DNA of 64,000 nt from Octopus sinensis (lineage: Eukaryota), in contig NC_043000.1 of the NCBI RefSeq assembly GCF_006345805.1, positions 147,498,001 to 147,562,000 on the forward strand, given 5' to 3'. The notes beneath the pieces are model-generated. The model saw only the letters and a program-made list of their open reading frames with translations. It made no database searches and was not told the DNA's origin. The translations under genes and the position numbers were made by a program. How positions within the stretch are numbered: the stretch's first letter is position 1; every line of letters begins with the position of its first letter. Shown here piece after piece: positions 14,340 through 29,291 of this stretch.

Positions 14340-16219
14340 CTATGAAAACAGCAAAAAGTTTAGTAAATGAAAGTCATCCAAAACTTTGAAGGAAAACAAA
14401 AGATCAAAATATCATTTAAAAATTGTAAATTTTATCATACAGAAATGAAATCTTTATCATCACCATCACTGTTTTAAAACCTGGGAATCCATACTCGAAA
14501 AGTTTAAATGGGTTTGTAAAACAATCTTTCACTTGAGACTCATTGTTCTAACGTCTGATTTAACTATTTCATGCACCCTGTACACTAAATCCCCCAATAA
14601 GACAGCTTTCAATCCTGACAGCATATTTGATCCACAAAGTGTTTGTGTCATTTATCCCCTTTTTCCACATAAAGCCTTCTCAATGCTTGCTAGAAAACAG
14701 ACTGCAAGACCTTAGCTAAAATCTTCCATAGGTCAAGGAATCAAAGATACAGTTATTTTTGCGAATATCTCACAAAATATAGTTCATCTGGATTTAAATG
14801 CTATTATTAACTTAAACTACATCATACCAGCTTAATTCTGTAACAAAACGATACTGTGGAACCTGAGTAAACTTGTGATAGTTTGCATCTGCAGATGTGA
14901 TAGTTGTGATAGTTTGCATCTGCAGATGCTAAAACAAACATTTCAAAATGAGAATGTGTCAGTCTGTTGTAAGAAAAAGAGGTCTAATATTTTAAGAAGG
15001 GCCTTTCACCAGATGAGTAAAAATGTGACTGCCAATACTAAATTATATATAGAGAGCACATACACAACTCTATTAAATTTAATATTGGCTATAGTAATTA
15101 CATTTCCATTCATCAGACTTATTTTCTACTCATGACAAACTATGTAGGGGTGATTGATGTATTAAAAGTAATATAGGTGGTGCAAGAGAGAATGTGTTGG
15201 CTGGCAGTGCAGCATGTTGAAGTTAGAGTGTATTGGATAAGGAGATAATGTACTAATGCAGCTATGTACATGTGTGTGTAGTACATCTAGTAAAAGTGAG
15301 CAGTGATGAGTATATTGTGGTCAGTACAGGTGGTGAGGAGAGAAAAGATGATGGGCTAAGATGGGGAGATAATTATGAGCAATAGGTGGCAAGAATACAA
15401 GGTGAGGGGGCAGCAAATGTAGGCCTGGCAGAGTACAAATATTGTAGCCTCTAACATCACCCTTTAGTTAGGATATGTGTTGCTGTATTGTTCTGCAGCA
15501 GCATGTATAGCCAGTCAGTATGATCCTTTGTCATTTTCTCTATGAGATACAGCATCTCTAGGTCAGCCTTTACCATTTTACCCCATGTTTTTCTCACCAC
15601 CCTTCTTATACGGGTTCCATTAACATGGAATGCACAACCTCTCTATGCAGTCATCATTATTACTCAATACATGCTCATACCATCACAACTTTCTCTCTTG
15701 TAATAACATATCCCCAATTACAATTCAATGCCATTGTCCAAAGGTGGACATCTCGAGGATTTGCTAGCAGTTGTTTGCAAATGTTCACAAATCATTGAGC
15801 CTGGTCATCAGTCAGTTCAGGAGGAACTTTTTGGCAGCATCTGTTCACAAGACCAAGCTTACAGAGGTGTTGACTGATGGTGCTTTGTGAAGGACCAAGT
15901 TCTGCCAACAATATAAGAGTGCTTATGCTTTGCTGTTGTTCAAGCAAGGACTCATTTTCTACAACAGAAGATTTCCCTGACCTCGGATTGTTTTCTAGGA
16001 AGATGTCATCTTCCTTGAAACATCTGAATCAATTTTGTGCCACACAAATCAGGTACAGTTGCCGAGCCTTCAACATCATTAATTTCCTTTGCTGTTGCCC
16101 TTGCTCTCAGTCCATTTTTTCCCATTGGTGCTGTAAAATGGCTCTAATTGTAACTTTTTCTCAGCTCATTAACAAAGCAGTACAATAAAGAAGAAACAAT
16201 GTTTATATGTTATATATGA

Positions 16220-17066
16220 AAATGAATAAACTACACAGCAATGATTAGACAAGTTGTACTAAATTAACGTTAAAATATGTTTGTGACATATTTTAGCTTC
16301 TAAAGGTAAATTCATTGCAGTTACTATGAGAAAAAAAAATCTCACTTATGGTAAAAGGTAAAAACAGTATATTTGCTTATTGTCTCCCACTGGCAGACTC
16401 CAAGACATGTTTCTGGCTTCTTAGCCTTCCTTAGTAGGAAATACTGTAGAGAGACAACCCTGGACAGATTCTAAAGCTGTAGCCTCATCTTAGAACAGTC
16501 ACCTTTGCAATCATGTACTTTCAGGTTCAGTTTCACTGTGTTGCATCTTGGACAAGAGTCTTCTACCATAGTTCTGAGCTGACAAAAGATTTGTGAGTGA
16601 ATTTGATTCACACACACACACACACACATGGGCGTGTGTAAGCATTTGAAATGGTGTATATGCATGTGTGTGTCTTTCAATTTGAAGGACAAGGGGAAAT
16701 ATTATTTTGCTTGGAAAGAGGTAGAGGTTGGCAACAAAATAAGGCATCCAACTGTACAACACCTGTCTCACCAAATTTTTGTCTGACCCATGCAAACATG
16801 GAAAAGTTGAGGTTAAAACAATAATGATGACAATACACTTTTAACCCTGTAATTAATTCTGTACAGTGAACAAATGAATAAACTACACAGCAATGATTAG
16901 ACAAGTTGTACTAAATTAACGTTAAAATATGTTTGTGACATATTTTAGCTTCTAAAGGTAAATTCATTGCAGTTACTATGAGAAAAAAAAATCTCACTTA
17001 TGGTAAAAGGTAAAAACAGTATATTTGCTTATTGTCTCCCACTGGCAGACTCCAAGACATGTTTCT
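16220..17066. repeat. Identical 195 bp direct repeat (16220-16414 / 16872-17066)
   Basis: Read directly; no mismatches seen. Confidence 0.9.
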
Positions 17067-18065
17067 AGGGAAAATAATTCTATTCATCAAGCCACAGCAA
17101 CATATTTATAAAATTAAGTGAAATGCTGTTGTTGAGTCTTTTGGCAACATAATATCAATATGTGGTTGTAACACCAAAATACATTTTGCAAGCTATGCAA
17201 TGACAACACTGCAAAATGTTTTATGGACTGCTGGCTCAGTCATATAAGGTCAAAAAGAATCCACCACAGAACTTGCTGAAGGTTGCATAGAGCTATGGCA
17301 AATAAATGAACTATATTGTACAGCTGTAATAATAAATATTAGGCATTTTAAAATTAATATATTAAATGGAATATCACAAAATATGCTTGCCAAGTGGTTC
17401 AATATATGAAAGCCTTTTTAGGTCACTTTCTTTGAAAGCAAGTAAAATTATAGCAGTTTTAATGAATATACAAATAGCTTGGACCATCCTTGAGAGCCAT
17501 TTTAACTGGGGTCCAGTATTGTATGTATTTTGGGATCGTGCATAGATTCAGTTACATAGGGTTAACATATTTGTAGTGTAAAAATTGGTAGGCAAACTGC
17601 AATGTTGTGATAAGGTATGAATATTTAATTGACAATAAGTGATTTGGTCAACAGCAAATATTTTCCTAGTTATTTGCTGACAGTAAGTCTATATAGATTT
17701 ATTAGTGTGTGAGTGAATGTAAACATTATTTTAGTATTTCAAGCTATTTTTTTATACTATGAGTGGTATGGGTTTCTTTTCTCCCTTATTAAAGCTACCT
17801 ACTTATCAGTAAAGTAGGAATGGAGCCTATTGTCAACTAGAGATATGTATGAAGTGAGTGCTAACACACTTGATGTAGTGAGTAGGATAACTTCATAAAT
17901 AAGTGTATGCTTATGTGTCACAAACCATTCAATTCTGAAACCTGACACACTGTTTTAAAACAAACAAGTCACACATGGATGTAAGTACACTTTTGCAAAG
18001 GGAGATCAATGGCACTTTGAAAATAGTTATAAAAATTATTCAAAGATTTCTTTAAAAATATCAAA

Positions 18066-18234
18066 ATAGGCGTAGGAGTGGCTATGTGGTAAGTGCTTGC
18101 TTACCAACCACATGGTTCTGGGTTCAGTCCCACTGCGTGGCACCTTGGGCAAGTGTCTTCTACTATAGCCTTGGGTCGACCAAAGCCTTGTGAGTGGATT
18201 TGGTAGATGGAAACTGAAAGAAGCCCGTTCCATA

Positions 18235-18279
<45 letters not shown>

Positions 18280-18500
18280 ATATGTTTGTGTCTGTGATTG
18301 TCCCCCCAACATCGCTTGACAACCGATGCTGGTGTGTTTACGTCCCTGTAACTTAGCAGTTCGGCAAAAGAGACCGATAGAATAAGTACTAGGCTTACAA
18401 AGAATAAGTCCTGGGGTTGATTTGTTTGACTAAAGGCAGTGCTCCAGCATGGCCGCAGTCAAATGACTGAAACAAGTAAAAGAAAAAGAAAGAAAGAAAG
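18066..18500 (+). mobile_element. Same tRNA-SINE family, full length
   Basis: Colinear with the reverse complement of 5002-5441. Confidence 0.85.
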
Positions 18501-19456
18501 AATCTATCTATTTCATAGATGGTATTGAATATGCAAGATCTCTTCTGGAAAACTGCTAAGTGTCATAGTAAGGATGCATTTTTTTTTAATGAAGCAATTC
18601 TTTTTACAGCTGGATGTTCTTTGTAGTATTAACCACACAATTGCGATGTCAACACAGAACCAATTGTATGGAACCTGTTGCTAGTCAGGTAAAAATGATG
18701 CATGCATATTAGTGTAGCTAGCTTGACCAGAAGCTATTGTAATGTTTGAACACAGACATTTATGGGGCTTCACTAAAATTAAATACTGTAAAAAAAAATT
18801 TAAATACTAATAAAAAAATTCCTTATTTAGATAAATAAATATAGGACACTGACTAAAAATCAGGTGGCTATTATCAACAAAATAAACTGTTGAAAAATCA
18901 AAAAAAAAAAGGGGTATGAAATTAAAGTACTGTGTTACTGTTGACAAAGCCAGGAAATTAACCCACAGCCATTATGCTGTATCCTCAGGCAAGGTACGTT
19001 ACTCTGCTTACATAAATCATGTAAATAGAAACCATGTTTAGTTAGTTGAAAGAGATCTAAGTTAAGGTGGTGACTAACATTGATATACAAATATTAAAAT
19101 TTGTAAGAGAGGGAGAGAGAGAAACACTCAACCCACACTAATACAGATGCCAATCTCATGGGTAATGAAAGGGATAAGTAATATTCTATAAGCATATCAG
19201 GTGAGACTGGGAGACTGCTGATAACATCATCCTGATTCAAGAGAAGATAAATTTCAGTAGTTACCTGTTGCTTTCTGGGACATATGAGCTCTGTACTGCA
19301 AGCTGGTGACAGGTTTATTGATTATAGACTCTACTGTTTACAACAGTCAAACTGCCCTTCACTTCCTTCTTGTGCCAAAGAAAGCTCCATGCCAGTCATG
19401 GGTAAACTGTGGACCACAAGACTCTCTGAATGGGATGCCTAACAAAAAAATTGCCT

Positions 19457-19686
19457 TTAACCCTTTAGCATTTAAACAGGCCATACCCAGCCTGAATATT
19501 CTACTTATTTTAAGTTCAAACCAGCTAGATCCGACCTCTCACACCTCCTCTACAATGTCATTCTAAAAAGTAAACAATCACATCATTTGAAATCATGATG
19601 CTACAAATTAATACACGATTAATTCAATGCAAGGTGAATAAATAAGCATAACATTTCATAAAGTAATTGGGATGCTAAAGGGTTAG
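19457..19686. mobile_element. piggyBac-like MITE, same family as 32749-32974
   Basis: TTAA-ccctttagcat ... atgctaaaggg-TTAG. Internal sequence resembles the reverse complement of the other copy. Confidence 0.7.
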
Positions 19687-22600
19687 TTTTTTTTATAGCG
19701 CAGCACACCTGAAATGAGCCTCGTCTCACGTAGCCTGCTTCTTGAGAAAGGTCGCCCATGTCTGCTCTACTCAGTTATTTGATCTGCTAGAAATAACAGC
19801 CAAATCCCTTTCAAGTCACATTGGATAATGTTGTCCTGGATATTGAAAAAGATTAGATGATCACAAATGAAATGTCTTTGATTATATTTTGTTTGATCAG
19901 AGCTTAGTTGGTTCAAACAACAACCTAATTACAATTAGGTGGAATGAATTGGTGATGGATACAAACTGTTCACAATTTGTTAGGCAATCTTGCTCCCTTG
20001 TAAATCTTGTAAATCTTGCTCCCTTGTAAATCTTGATGAACAAATTAATAGCTCAATAGCTATATCATAATAATTGCTTAAAAGGGAAATGCCTGGGTTG
20101 CATGACTACACCACTGACCCAAAGGTTTTGTGTTCATATCCAAAAACAAGCATTTTGGTTTCAAATAAAAAGTATATTTTTTAGGGGTCAAATCCAAGAA
20201 ATCCTTGAATAAAAATAAAAATGCATAACTTGCATTACTCAACCCATGAAAAACTTAAGCTGTTGAGTATTTGACGTTAAGAATGAAATTCAATGACAAA
20301 AGATTCATTCTACTATGAAATAACTGAGGCTTTCATCTTAGGCTATGGAGCATTAAGTACATGTGAGCAGGATGTGGAGTTTTTAATGGCTCAAGTCAGA
20401 AGTGCAAGAGCAAAGAACCTGATAACTTTTCAACTAGCTGTAATTATACAGTACTTTTTCCCACCTCACTACTTCACAATTTTATTATCTCATTTCCATT
20501 CTTACATCAACAGAAATACAAGTTTTGCTCTTACTAAATAGTTCTTTCCTGTTGCTATAGTTTGTACTCTATGTTCGTTGTGGTTAGTGCTGTTTTAAAA
20601 AGGCTTCATATGGGAGAGAAAAAAACAGCAACCACATAGCCTAAAATATTAATGCACGCAGTGTCTTACATGGGAATAATATGTGACAGAGAAAATTAAA
20701 TCGTGTGATTAAGAAGTTACTCCCATAACTATTTAGACCATATTTGTCATAGATCTAAGATAATGATTAAAATGGGATGGCTCTTGGGCATATGAACTGA
20801 AGATCAGACTTGATACATTGTGCTGATAAGTAATAAATCAAAAAGTAATTATAAGTCTGTATGATGACTTCTAGAAAAAGATGAAACTTATGACTCATGG
20901 AGAGGAAGATCTACAGATACATAGGAAATAAGTTTTTTAAAATGCCCTGGAGGCTTTTGAGAGGTAGTGGATAATTTCTGCTACAAGCACCAGTGGTGCT
21001 GGTGCTGTGTAAAATGCACCTAGTACACTCTGCTAGAAAACAGAATGCAAGACCTTACCTAAAATCCATCTACCAAATTCACTCGCAAGGCACTAGTATA
21101 CCTAGTGCTATAGCAAAAAACACGTGTGTGTGTGTGTATGTGTACCATCATCCAGTGCTTCAAATCTGGGTTTTGTTCCCGTTAATAGGGGTGGCTGGAT
21201 CTACCTCAATGTCAAAGCAACTGAAGTAGGCAGGTGCAGCCCATCTCAACCTTTGGGCTGGCTAGTGCCCATTCTCCCTTGCCATCATGAGGCTTTTTTG
21301 GGAGCTGGTTTTCTACGGGGAGCATGCCCTTGCTTACCCCTAACCTCAGTTTCTAGACATGAGTGGTCCTGAGACCAAGGCCTCTACCAGGAAGGCAAGG
21401 ATGCTACTCCCTGAGTATATATCTATAATACATGATGGGTCTCTTTTTTTCAGTTTCTGTCTATCAAATCCACTCAAAAGGCTTTGGTTGACCCAGAGCT
21501 ATAGCAGAAGACATTGCCCAAGGTACCATGCAGCGGAACTGAACCTGAGATCACATAGTTGTGAAGCAAGCTTCTCAAACTTAACAACAATGCAAATGAA
21601 AAGAATGCATTCACCTTTGATGTTAACTGAGATTGGCATAATCCAGAATAATGTCCAGTGCTCTGAGTTGCAATATAAAAGTTTCACGATATTTTATATC
21701 TGCTTTCCAGAGTCACTATAATCCAAATCAGTTCTTATTGAGAGTTACTGCCCCTCTAAATAGGTTGGAGAACTATGCCTCATCTTTGGCATGATTTCTA
21801 TTGCTGGATGCACTTGCTATCATCAACCAGTTTACAGAGAGTGCTGGGTGTATTTTATTGTGGGACCATCACTAGAAAGTGTCCTATTCTCAACAAGACT
21901 AAAGGATCCTCTTGCTCCTATGTTGTTTCCACTCAATTGTCAACTACTTTACACCATGAACAAATGAATTTGTCTTGTACCTTATGATATTAAAGAATCC
22001 TTAGTAGTGTAAGATGTGCTGAAGGCAACATGACTAACGTGAATAGAAGACACAGCCAAAACAGAAGAACCTGCAAGGGTGGATGAAAGAAGTAAGGGTA
22101 TGCCCAGAATAGAGTGATGGATATATCAAAGGTGAACAATAGTAAGAGTGAGTAAAGGATGTCAATAACAAGTGACAGAAAGAAGAAGACAAAGTGATGA
22201 CTGGCAGTACAGAATTTACAATAGCATATTGAGAACAAACAGACCCAATACTATTCTTATATATAGACTTCGTGATGAGTGAGAATAACAAGAATGGTGA
22301 AGAGAGGAGACTGGATATAAGTAAGTCCAATACCATCCTTCATCACAAGGATGGTATGGTACAGTGATGAAAGTGAAAGTGAGTATTAGAAAAATGAGTG
22401 TCTGACAAGAACAATAATAACTGGGTTACACAGGGAGTATTGTAGAGGGAGTAGAAAAGATCCACAGCAATTCTTAGTTCCACCAGTAGCATAATATAGT
22501 GAACAGGAGAGGGTGAGTGATAGAGATGAGAGAGTATCAAAGAGGCAGGCTAGAAAGTAGATGTAGATTTGACAGAAAATATATATTATGTGTCCCAGTA

Positions 22601-23459
22601 TTAATCACTACTACCATTTTCAACACCTTATTCATCATGCTTGCACAAGTGGTTGGGTCTCCTCCAGTACTGTATGTTGTCAAACATGGGCTTTTGTCAT
22701 CCTCTCTGTGTGATACACATTTCAAGACCACTTAGTCTCAAGTGTTTCTCAGCTTCTCCCTTCCCTAGGGTTCATTCACTTTGTGTGTGATACTTTTTTT
22801 TAAACAACTGTCACCCTCCATCACAAGTCTGTACCAGTGACATCTCTCTTACGCACTAAATATGATTACTTTTATTCCAGTTTTTCACTTCATTTGTATA
22901 CTGCCATACATGCACTCTCACTTTAGTCACTCAATAGAGCATGCTTGCTTCATTTCCCTTTAGTTTTTACAAATCAGCTATACTCAAGTTTCATATCTTG
23001 TTATCATTCAGTATCATACTTTGCATACAAGCATCATACAATCTGCCCTTCACTCTGAAAGTGAGAAACCCTTTGTTACTAGCAAAGGTAACTCCTTGAA
23101 CTTTTTGAACCTGTTCTTCCTCTGGCTTCTATGCTTTCAAAACATGCCCCTCATTACAAATCGGGTCACCTATGTAATCATCATCATCATCGTTTAATGT
23201 CCATTTTCCGCGCTAGCACGGGTTGGACGGTTTGACTGGGGTCTGGGAAGCCAGGGGCTGCACCAGGCTCCAGTCTGATCTGGCAGAGTTTCTACAGCTG
23301 GATGCCCTTCCTAACACCAACCACTCTGCGAGTGTAGTGGGTGCTTTTTACGTGCCACCTGCACAGGTGCCAGGGGGGGTCCGGCATCGGCCACGATCGG
23401 TTGGAGCTTTTAACGTGCCACCGGCACAGAAGCCAGCCAAGCTAGCTATAAACTATTAA

Positions 23460-23950
23460 GTTGTCATCTGAATATTTAAGAAAATTTACTGTGTGTGCAC
23501 CTGGTACATACTGCTCCTGTACACCTGCTGCACATGAGGTCTGCCTACTCTGTAAGTCTGACATTTTGTGCATCGTTTATACTGTGTACATCATATGAAA
23601 TTCTTGCCTACACCTTTTATAGGCATTGAGCATGACAAATTCCCTGACAGGAAATGGTCATGCATAATGCAGAGACCTGTCTTCTTGGTATTTACTAATA
23701 TTTCAGCCATCACTGAATTTTCACTAAGGATTCTCAATTCTAGGTTTTGCTTTCAGGTCCTGAATTTATCTAAATCTACTACAGATTCAGTTGTAAGAAC
23801 TAAGTCATCAGTATATAGGTGTTCCTACTAACAGCTGATTTTAAACCCATTTGTTGTAACTTGGAGGACTATAATGAACAGAGGGGGACTGTGAATTGAT
23901 CCTGGCTGACCCCTGCCTGCACACTAAATTTCTGAGCATAGCTTGTATTG
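23460..23950 (-). mobile_element. Decayed RTE RT fragment
   Basis: Minus strand QGSIHSPLLFIIVLQ and LYTDDLVL motifs. Confidence 0.65.
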
Positions 23951-24129
23951 CCTGTGGAACCCTTCAAAGACCTTATTGTCAGGTATAGGAGTCTACTTAT
24001 AACTAATTCTTTAATTTCTCATAGTGAGACGATTTCAGGAATAAATCATACAAATCCAAAATACACTTCATCTAGGCCCTCACATATCTACCCCTCACCT
24101 CCAAGCCTATCCTATATTTCTCTTCATCA

Positions 24130-24923
24130 TTACAGAGTGTACAGTGTGCATTTTTTATAAAGCCACCACTTTTGACACAACTAAAGGGACTTCAGAACCC
24201 CATGTCTCTCCTTGTTCACCAGTCTTTACAGGGTGAGAAACATGAGTGAACAAGGCTTCATCCAGCCCAAGCCCTCACATATTCTCACTACCTCCAGAGT
24301 TCCTCAAGAGCATGCCTCAACATCTTTGCCATCATCATCATCATCTCTCTTTAACTTACTCTCTAACTCACTCTCCTTTCTTTCCCAGCAGGAGTATTCA
24401 TGTATCTACATTACAAAACACCTCTCTGTCTTCTTTCATCTGTAATCTCTCAAATGGCACAAAACTACACCTGCTTTCCATTTGCCATGCCACCACCCTT
24501 CTCAATCAACTTCTCTGACCCATCTCATCTATGAATAGCTGGCTACATTGGATCACTTGTATCTAGCTCACTCTACCCTCCTCTTTTGTACTGCCTGTCA
24601 TCACTCCATGTCAATCTGTCTGCTGGCATACTCACATTTCTATTTTCTCAGACATCCTGAGCCTCTGTCATTACTCTACTGTCTGAGTACCAGACCTCTG
24701 ACATCTCCCTGTCATCTTAGTCATGTTGCCTTGTAAATATATACTTATTTCAAAATACCAGGTACTTGTCGTTTATTTCCCCATCACCATCATGCCTTGT
24801 TCACTCATGTTTCTCACCCTGTAAAGACAGTGGTGAACAAGGAGAGACATGGGGTTCTGAAGTCCCTTTAGCTGTGTCAAAAGTGGTGGCTTTATAAAAA
24901 TATGCACACTGTACACTCTGTAA
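24130..24923. repeat. ~128 bp inverted repeat (24130-24256 / 24794-24923)
   Basis: tacagagtgtacagtgtgca...catgagtgaacaaggc is mirrored with a few mismatches. Confidence 0.9.
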
Positions 24924-25192
24924 AGAATATTTTGTGAGGACCCTTTTAGTTTTGGCATGTACCCAACACCTTTCTAGTAAGAAAAAAAAAAAAATCAGCA
25001 CATTCTGTAAAATTGTTGATATTAAGAAGGGCATCCAAGCATGGAAACTGAGCAAAAAATAATATGTGAGCAAGATGAAGGGTCCACACCTGTTTAGTTG
25101 AGCATACCCCTTGAATATATGCTGATTCTGACAACAATGATCCATACAATCCATGCCAACATGGAAAATGGACATAAAGCAATGATTATTAT

Positions 25193-25516
25193 ATAGGTGT
25201 GGCTGTGTGGTAAGAAGCTTGCTTTACAACCACATGGTTCCAGGTTCAGTCCCACTGCGTAGCACCTTGGGCAAGTGTCTTCTACTATAGTCTTGGGCTG
25301 CCCAAAGCCTTGTGAGTAGATTTGGTAGACGGAAACTGAAAGAAGCCTATCGTATATATATATATATATATCTTCTTTTATATGTTTTAGCCCTGAGGCT
25401 GTGGCCATGCTGGGGTACATATATATATTATTTTGTGCCTGTGATTCTTTGACTAAAACCATTTAAAGTGGTGCTCCAGCATGGCCACAGTCAAATGACT
25501 GAAACAAGTAAAAGAA
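25193..25516 (+). mobile_element. Same tRNA-SINE family, internally rearranged copy
   Basis: Head and 3' tail match the family; middle is replaced. Confidence 0.7.
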
Positions 25517-25847
25517 TATATATATTTATATATCTGTCTCCCACCCATTGCTTGGCAACAGGTATTGGTTTGTTTACATCCCTTTAACTTAGTAGTTCAG
25601 CAAAAGAGAATGACAGAATAAGTACCAGGCATAAAAAAAAATATTGTCGCTGATTTGTTTGACTGAACCCTACAAAGTGATGCCCCAGTATGGTTGCAGT
25701 CCAATCACTGGAACTGGTAAAAGACAAGATGTGTGTGTGTGTGTATGCAAATATATAGCACATGAACATGAAGTATACCAACTGAAAAGATAATGTTTAC
25801 TGTGAGAGATAGAGAGAGAGAGAGAAGTAAAAAGGAATATTTCTTAC

Positions 25848-25989
25848 TTTTCGGCCCCAATTCAAAAGATCGTCTAATCTAGCAAGGACATAGTCAACTT
25901 TATCAACGGGGTTCTGAAAGGGAGATACAGTCTGACGTTTTGCTGGTGCCGGTGCCGGAACTGTACTTTGCTGGCAAGAAGGCACCAAA
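25848..25989 (-). CDS. NDUFS7: NDUFS7 coding exon 3 (..LVPSCQQSTVPAPAPAKRQTVSPFQNPVDKVDYVLARLDDLLNWGRK)
   Basis: ctcttacag acceptor and AAA|GTAAG donor, 142 nt. YVLARLDDLLNWGRK is the conserved start of the PSST domain. Confidence 0.95.
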
Positions 25990-27549
25990 CTGTAAGAGAT
26001 AAATATACAAAAATAAATAAAAAATTATTTTCTGTGTATTAATCTTCATAGGAAATAAATTAATGACAATGCTTAATTCAAATAAATATTCTAAGGATCT
26101 AAATTTGAATCAAGTAATTCACACAAACAACAATGATTATTGAATGCCAATCAATTTGCAGAGCTCTGGGTGCATTTTATGTAACACTGGTACTAAAGTG
26201 GTTACACCCCATACCACCACAAGACTAAAGAGTGCTCTCAACTTCGACAAAATGAAAGAATCTTCTCTTTGCTGCATTGTTTCCATTTGTTTGTTTGCTT
26301 CTTTCCTTCACAATTGGCTGAATAGAAAAGGACATTCAATCACATCACAGGTAGCAGGGTCCCTAGTTAGTTAGTTAATTTTTGGCTCAAAAGCAAAAAA
26401 GGAAGGCCATGTAGGGGGACATGTAGTTATGTACAGGGTGGTGTTAATGTAAAGAGTTCAGGCCACTTGAGGTCAAGGGAGACTTTGAACAAAGTCCCTA
26501 CTACCCTGTTCAGTTTGGTTTTAACACTCCTTTCTTCTTACTTCTAACAGAATAATAAGTGGTTTAATGTTGGGATGGGGCTATTTAGCTATCTGGAGAT
26601 TAATACTACTAGATATAATGGTTGGTTTTCTTCTAAAAGAACAGCATGCTTTCATAGTGAGATAGCCCAGTAGCCCAACTATCATGGGTCATATCAGCAA
26701 ACAGCTGACGTTTCCATGGTACAATGTGGAATGCTAGGAACTTTCAATAGTTAGCCTAGTATCCCCTCTTATGGAGGTGGTGGGGCTTGCTTCGATATAA
26801 TAGATTTTCAGTACATCATCATCATTTAATGCTTGTTTTCTATGCTGGCATCAGTTGGATGGTTTGACAGATGGTGAACCAGAGGACTGCACCAAGCTCT
26901 ACTGTTTGCTCTAGCATGATTTATACAGCTGCCCTTCCTCATCTATATTTCTATATTGGCACCAGTTAATAAGTCTACAGCACTATATAATGCCACTTGT
27001 TTTGATCATTTCATCCATGGGGTCAAATATTTTGATACGTGATTCACAACTCTGAACTAAAACCAGCTCATTTATTCAGATCATCAAAAATTCATTGTTT
27101 AGATTATTTTAATTATCTTAAGATCATTATAACTCTTTTTTAAAATTTGGTTTTAGAGGTCTGCTCTATGGCATCTTCCAATGTGTTTCATCTTATTCAT
27201 ATGGCCAATCTTTTTGGATCTGATTTCATCACTCCTCCCAGCTACGGGTAGTTTTCACCATCAAACTCTTCACCCACCAAATATAAACTGATTTGCTTAT
27301 CTCTCCTACATATACACCACATAGTCAACACAATAAAGGTCTTCTGTGGAAATTACAAAACACTGTAATAAAACACTACAGTATTTTCAGTGCAATCTAT
27401 TAGATCAAATTTATCTGAGTCTGAGTAAATTTAAACTCAATCAATGATAACACAGTATTTAGCCTCCATTCTCTAGAGTAGGATCTTAACAGTAGGACAG
27501 ATATGTTGGGTACAAATACCACTATATGCAGCCCATAATGAATTTAGAA

Positions 27550-27755
27550 GGTGGTGAGATGGCAGAAATGTTAGCATGCTGGTCAAAATGTTTAGTGGTA
27601 TTTCATCTGTCTTTATATCAAATTCTGCCAAGGTCAACTTTGCCTTTCATCCTTTCAGGGTCGATAAATTAAGTACCAGTTGCATACTGGAGTCGATCTA
27701 ATCAACTGATCACATCCCCCAAAATTTCGGGCCTTGTGCCTAGAGTAGAAAAGAA
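27550..27755 (+). mobile_element. Third SINE family (aggtcaactttgcctttcatcctttc...gataaattaagtaccag core); inverted relatives at ~29943-30140 and ~37248-37396
   Basis: The shared core is seen in three dispersed places. Confidence 0.6.
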
Positions 27756-29291
27756 TGAATTCAGAAATTATATTTTTTTTATAAGAAAACTAATGGATAA
27801 ATACATTGAAATTGAAGTGTGGGATGTATGATTTATACGAGTGCAGAATCAAAATTCCTTTTTCATCTATCCATAATACCCAGGTTATCTTACAATCTAC
27901 TGAGGCAAACAGTTGATTTGCTTCCATGTACAATATGGCTGTTGACACAATGTGTGCAAACCTGTGCTAAGGTGCCCCAGCATGGTTGCGGCCTTCGGCT
28001 AAAACATTTTTAAAGATTTAAGGATTTATAAATATGATATACATTCATACAGCAACAATCTTAATGAAAGTAATCAGTATTTGATGTAATGGATCTAGTT
28101 ACTCTGATGCTTGCCTTTTATTGCATCTCCTGGAAAAGGATTTTACCTGAAATTTCATGGTGCAAATAAGAAATGATTTGCCTATGCTATTTTTAAGAAC
28201 CTTGGTTGATTGGTTCCTTTCCACAAACGGCAGCCTAACTTTAGCTTTCTCATATTTAGATTGGTAAGTGAAGAAATATTGCACTCTGAAATAATGTTCA
28301 TGGAGTCCTACAGTATTCCATAAATAAATATTCCTGAACACAGGGAAATAAATCCCACCAAAATTGTGATGAAGTAAGACCTGTCTTTAGACAAAGTAAA
28401 TAAACTTTAGGTCTTCAGCTCATCATCATCATCATCCTCATCATTTAGCATCCACTTTCCATGCTAGCATGGGTTGGACGGTTCAACTGGGGTCTGTGAA
28501 GCCGGAAGGCTGCATCAGGCCCAGTCAGATCTGGCAGTGTTTCTACAGCTGGATGCCCTTCCTAATGCCAACCACTCCATGAGTGTAGTGGGTGCTTTTT
28601 ACGTGCCACCCACACAGGTGCCAGACGGAGCTGGCAAACGGCCACGAACGGATGGTGCTTTTACGTGCCACCGGCACGGGGGAAGCTATTTAAAAAAAAA
28701 TTCAGATGAATCAGAAAAAGTCACTATCCTGAATGCCAGCTTCCAAAATTTATCTGCAATTGGATATATATCCAGTTTAAAGCCATTCACCATTCCATTA
28801 AAGAAGATAGTATATTTGCAGTGGTTTCCAAAGCGAAAGATATTGCCAAGACTTTGACTATCTTTGATTGGTTATCACAACTGGAACACCAGTTTAAACA
28901 GTCTGATAACCAGTAAACAAAGTGAAGGCTTCTGAAGAGCAGTCAACATTTCATAACTGGAACAATGGAAATGATGAATTATTAATATCAGTAAAAGCAT
29001 ATGACAAACAACTTGAATCTTCTAATGGTAATATAACATTCTAACAACAAAGTAAACATGACCCAAAACACAACAGAATTTGTAATGGAGGTTTATTTGC
29101 AGGCTGTCAAGCACTTAAAAATATTTACCTTTTAGTGACCGAGACTACTGGAGGTGGTGAAATTAGAGGACAAGACAAAAAGAGTGACAGTATCATTGCT
29201 CACATAATGATGTTCTACATTCATTTTTCCCATGTTACCATGAGTTGGTGAGGTTTACAATACATCAGTCTTTAATGTGAGATAAATTAAA

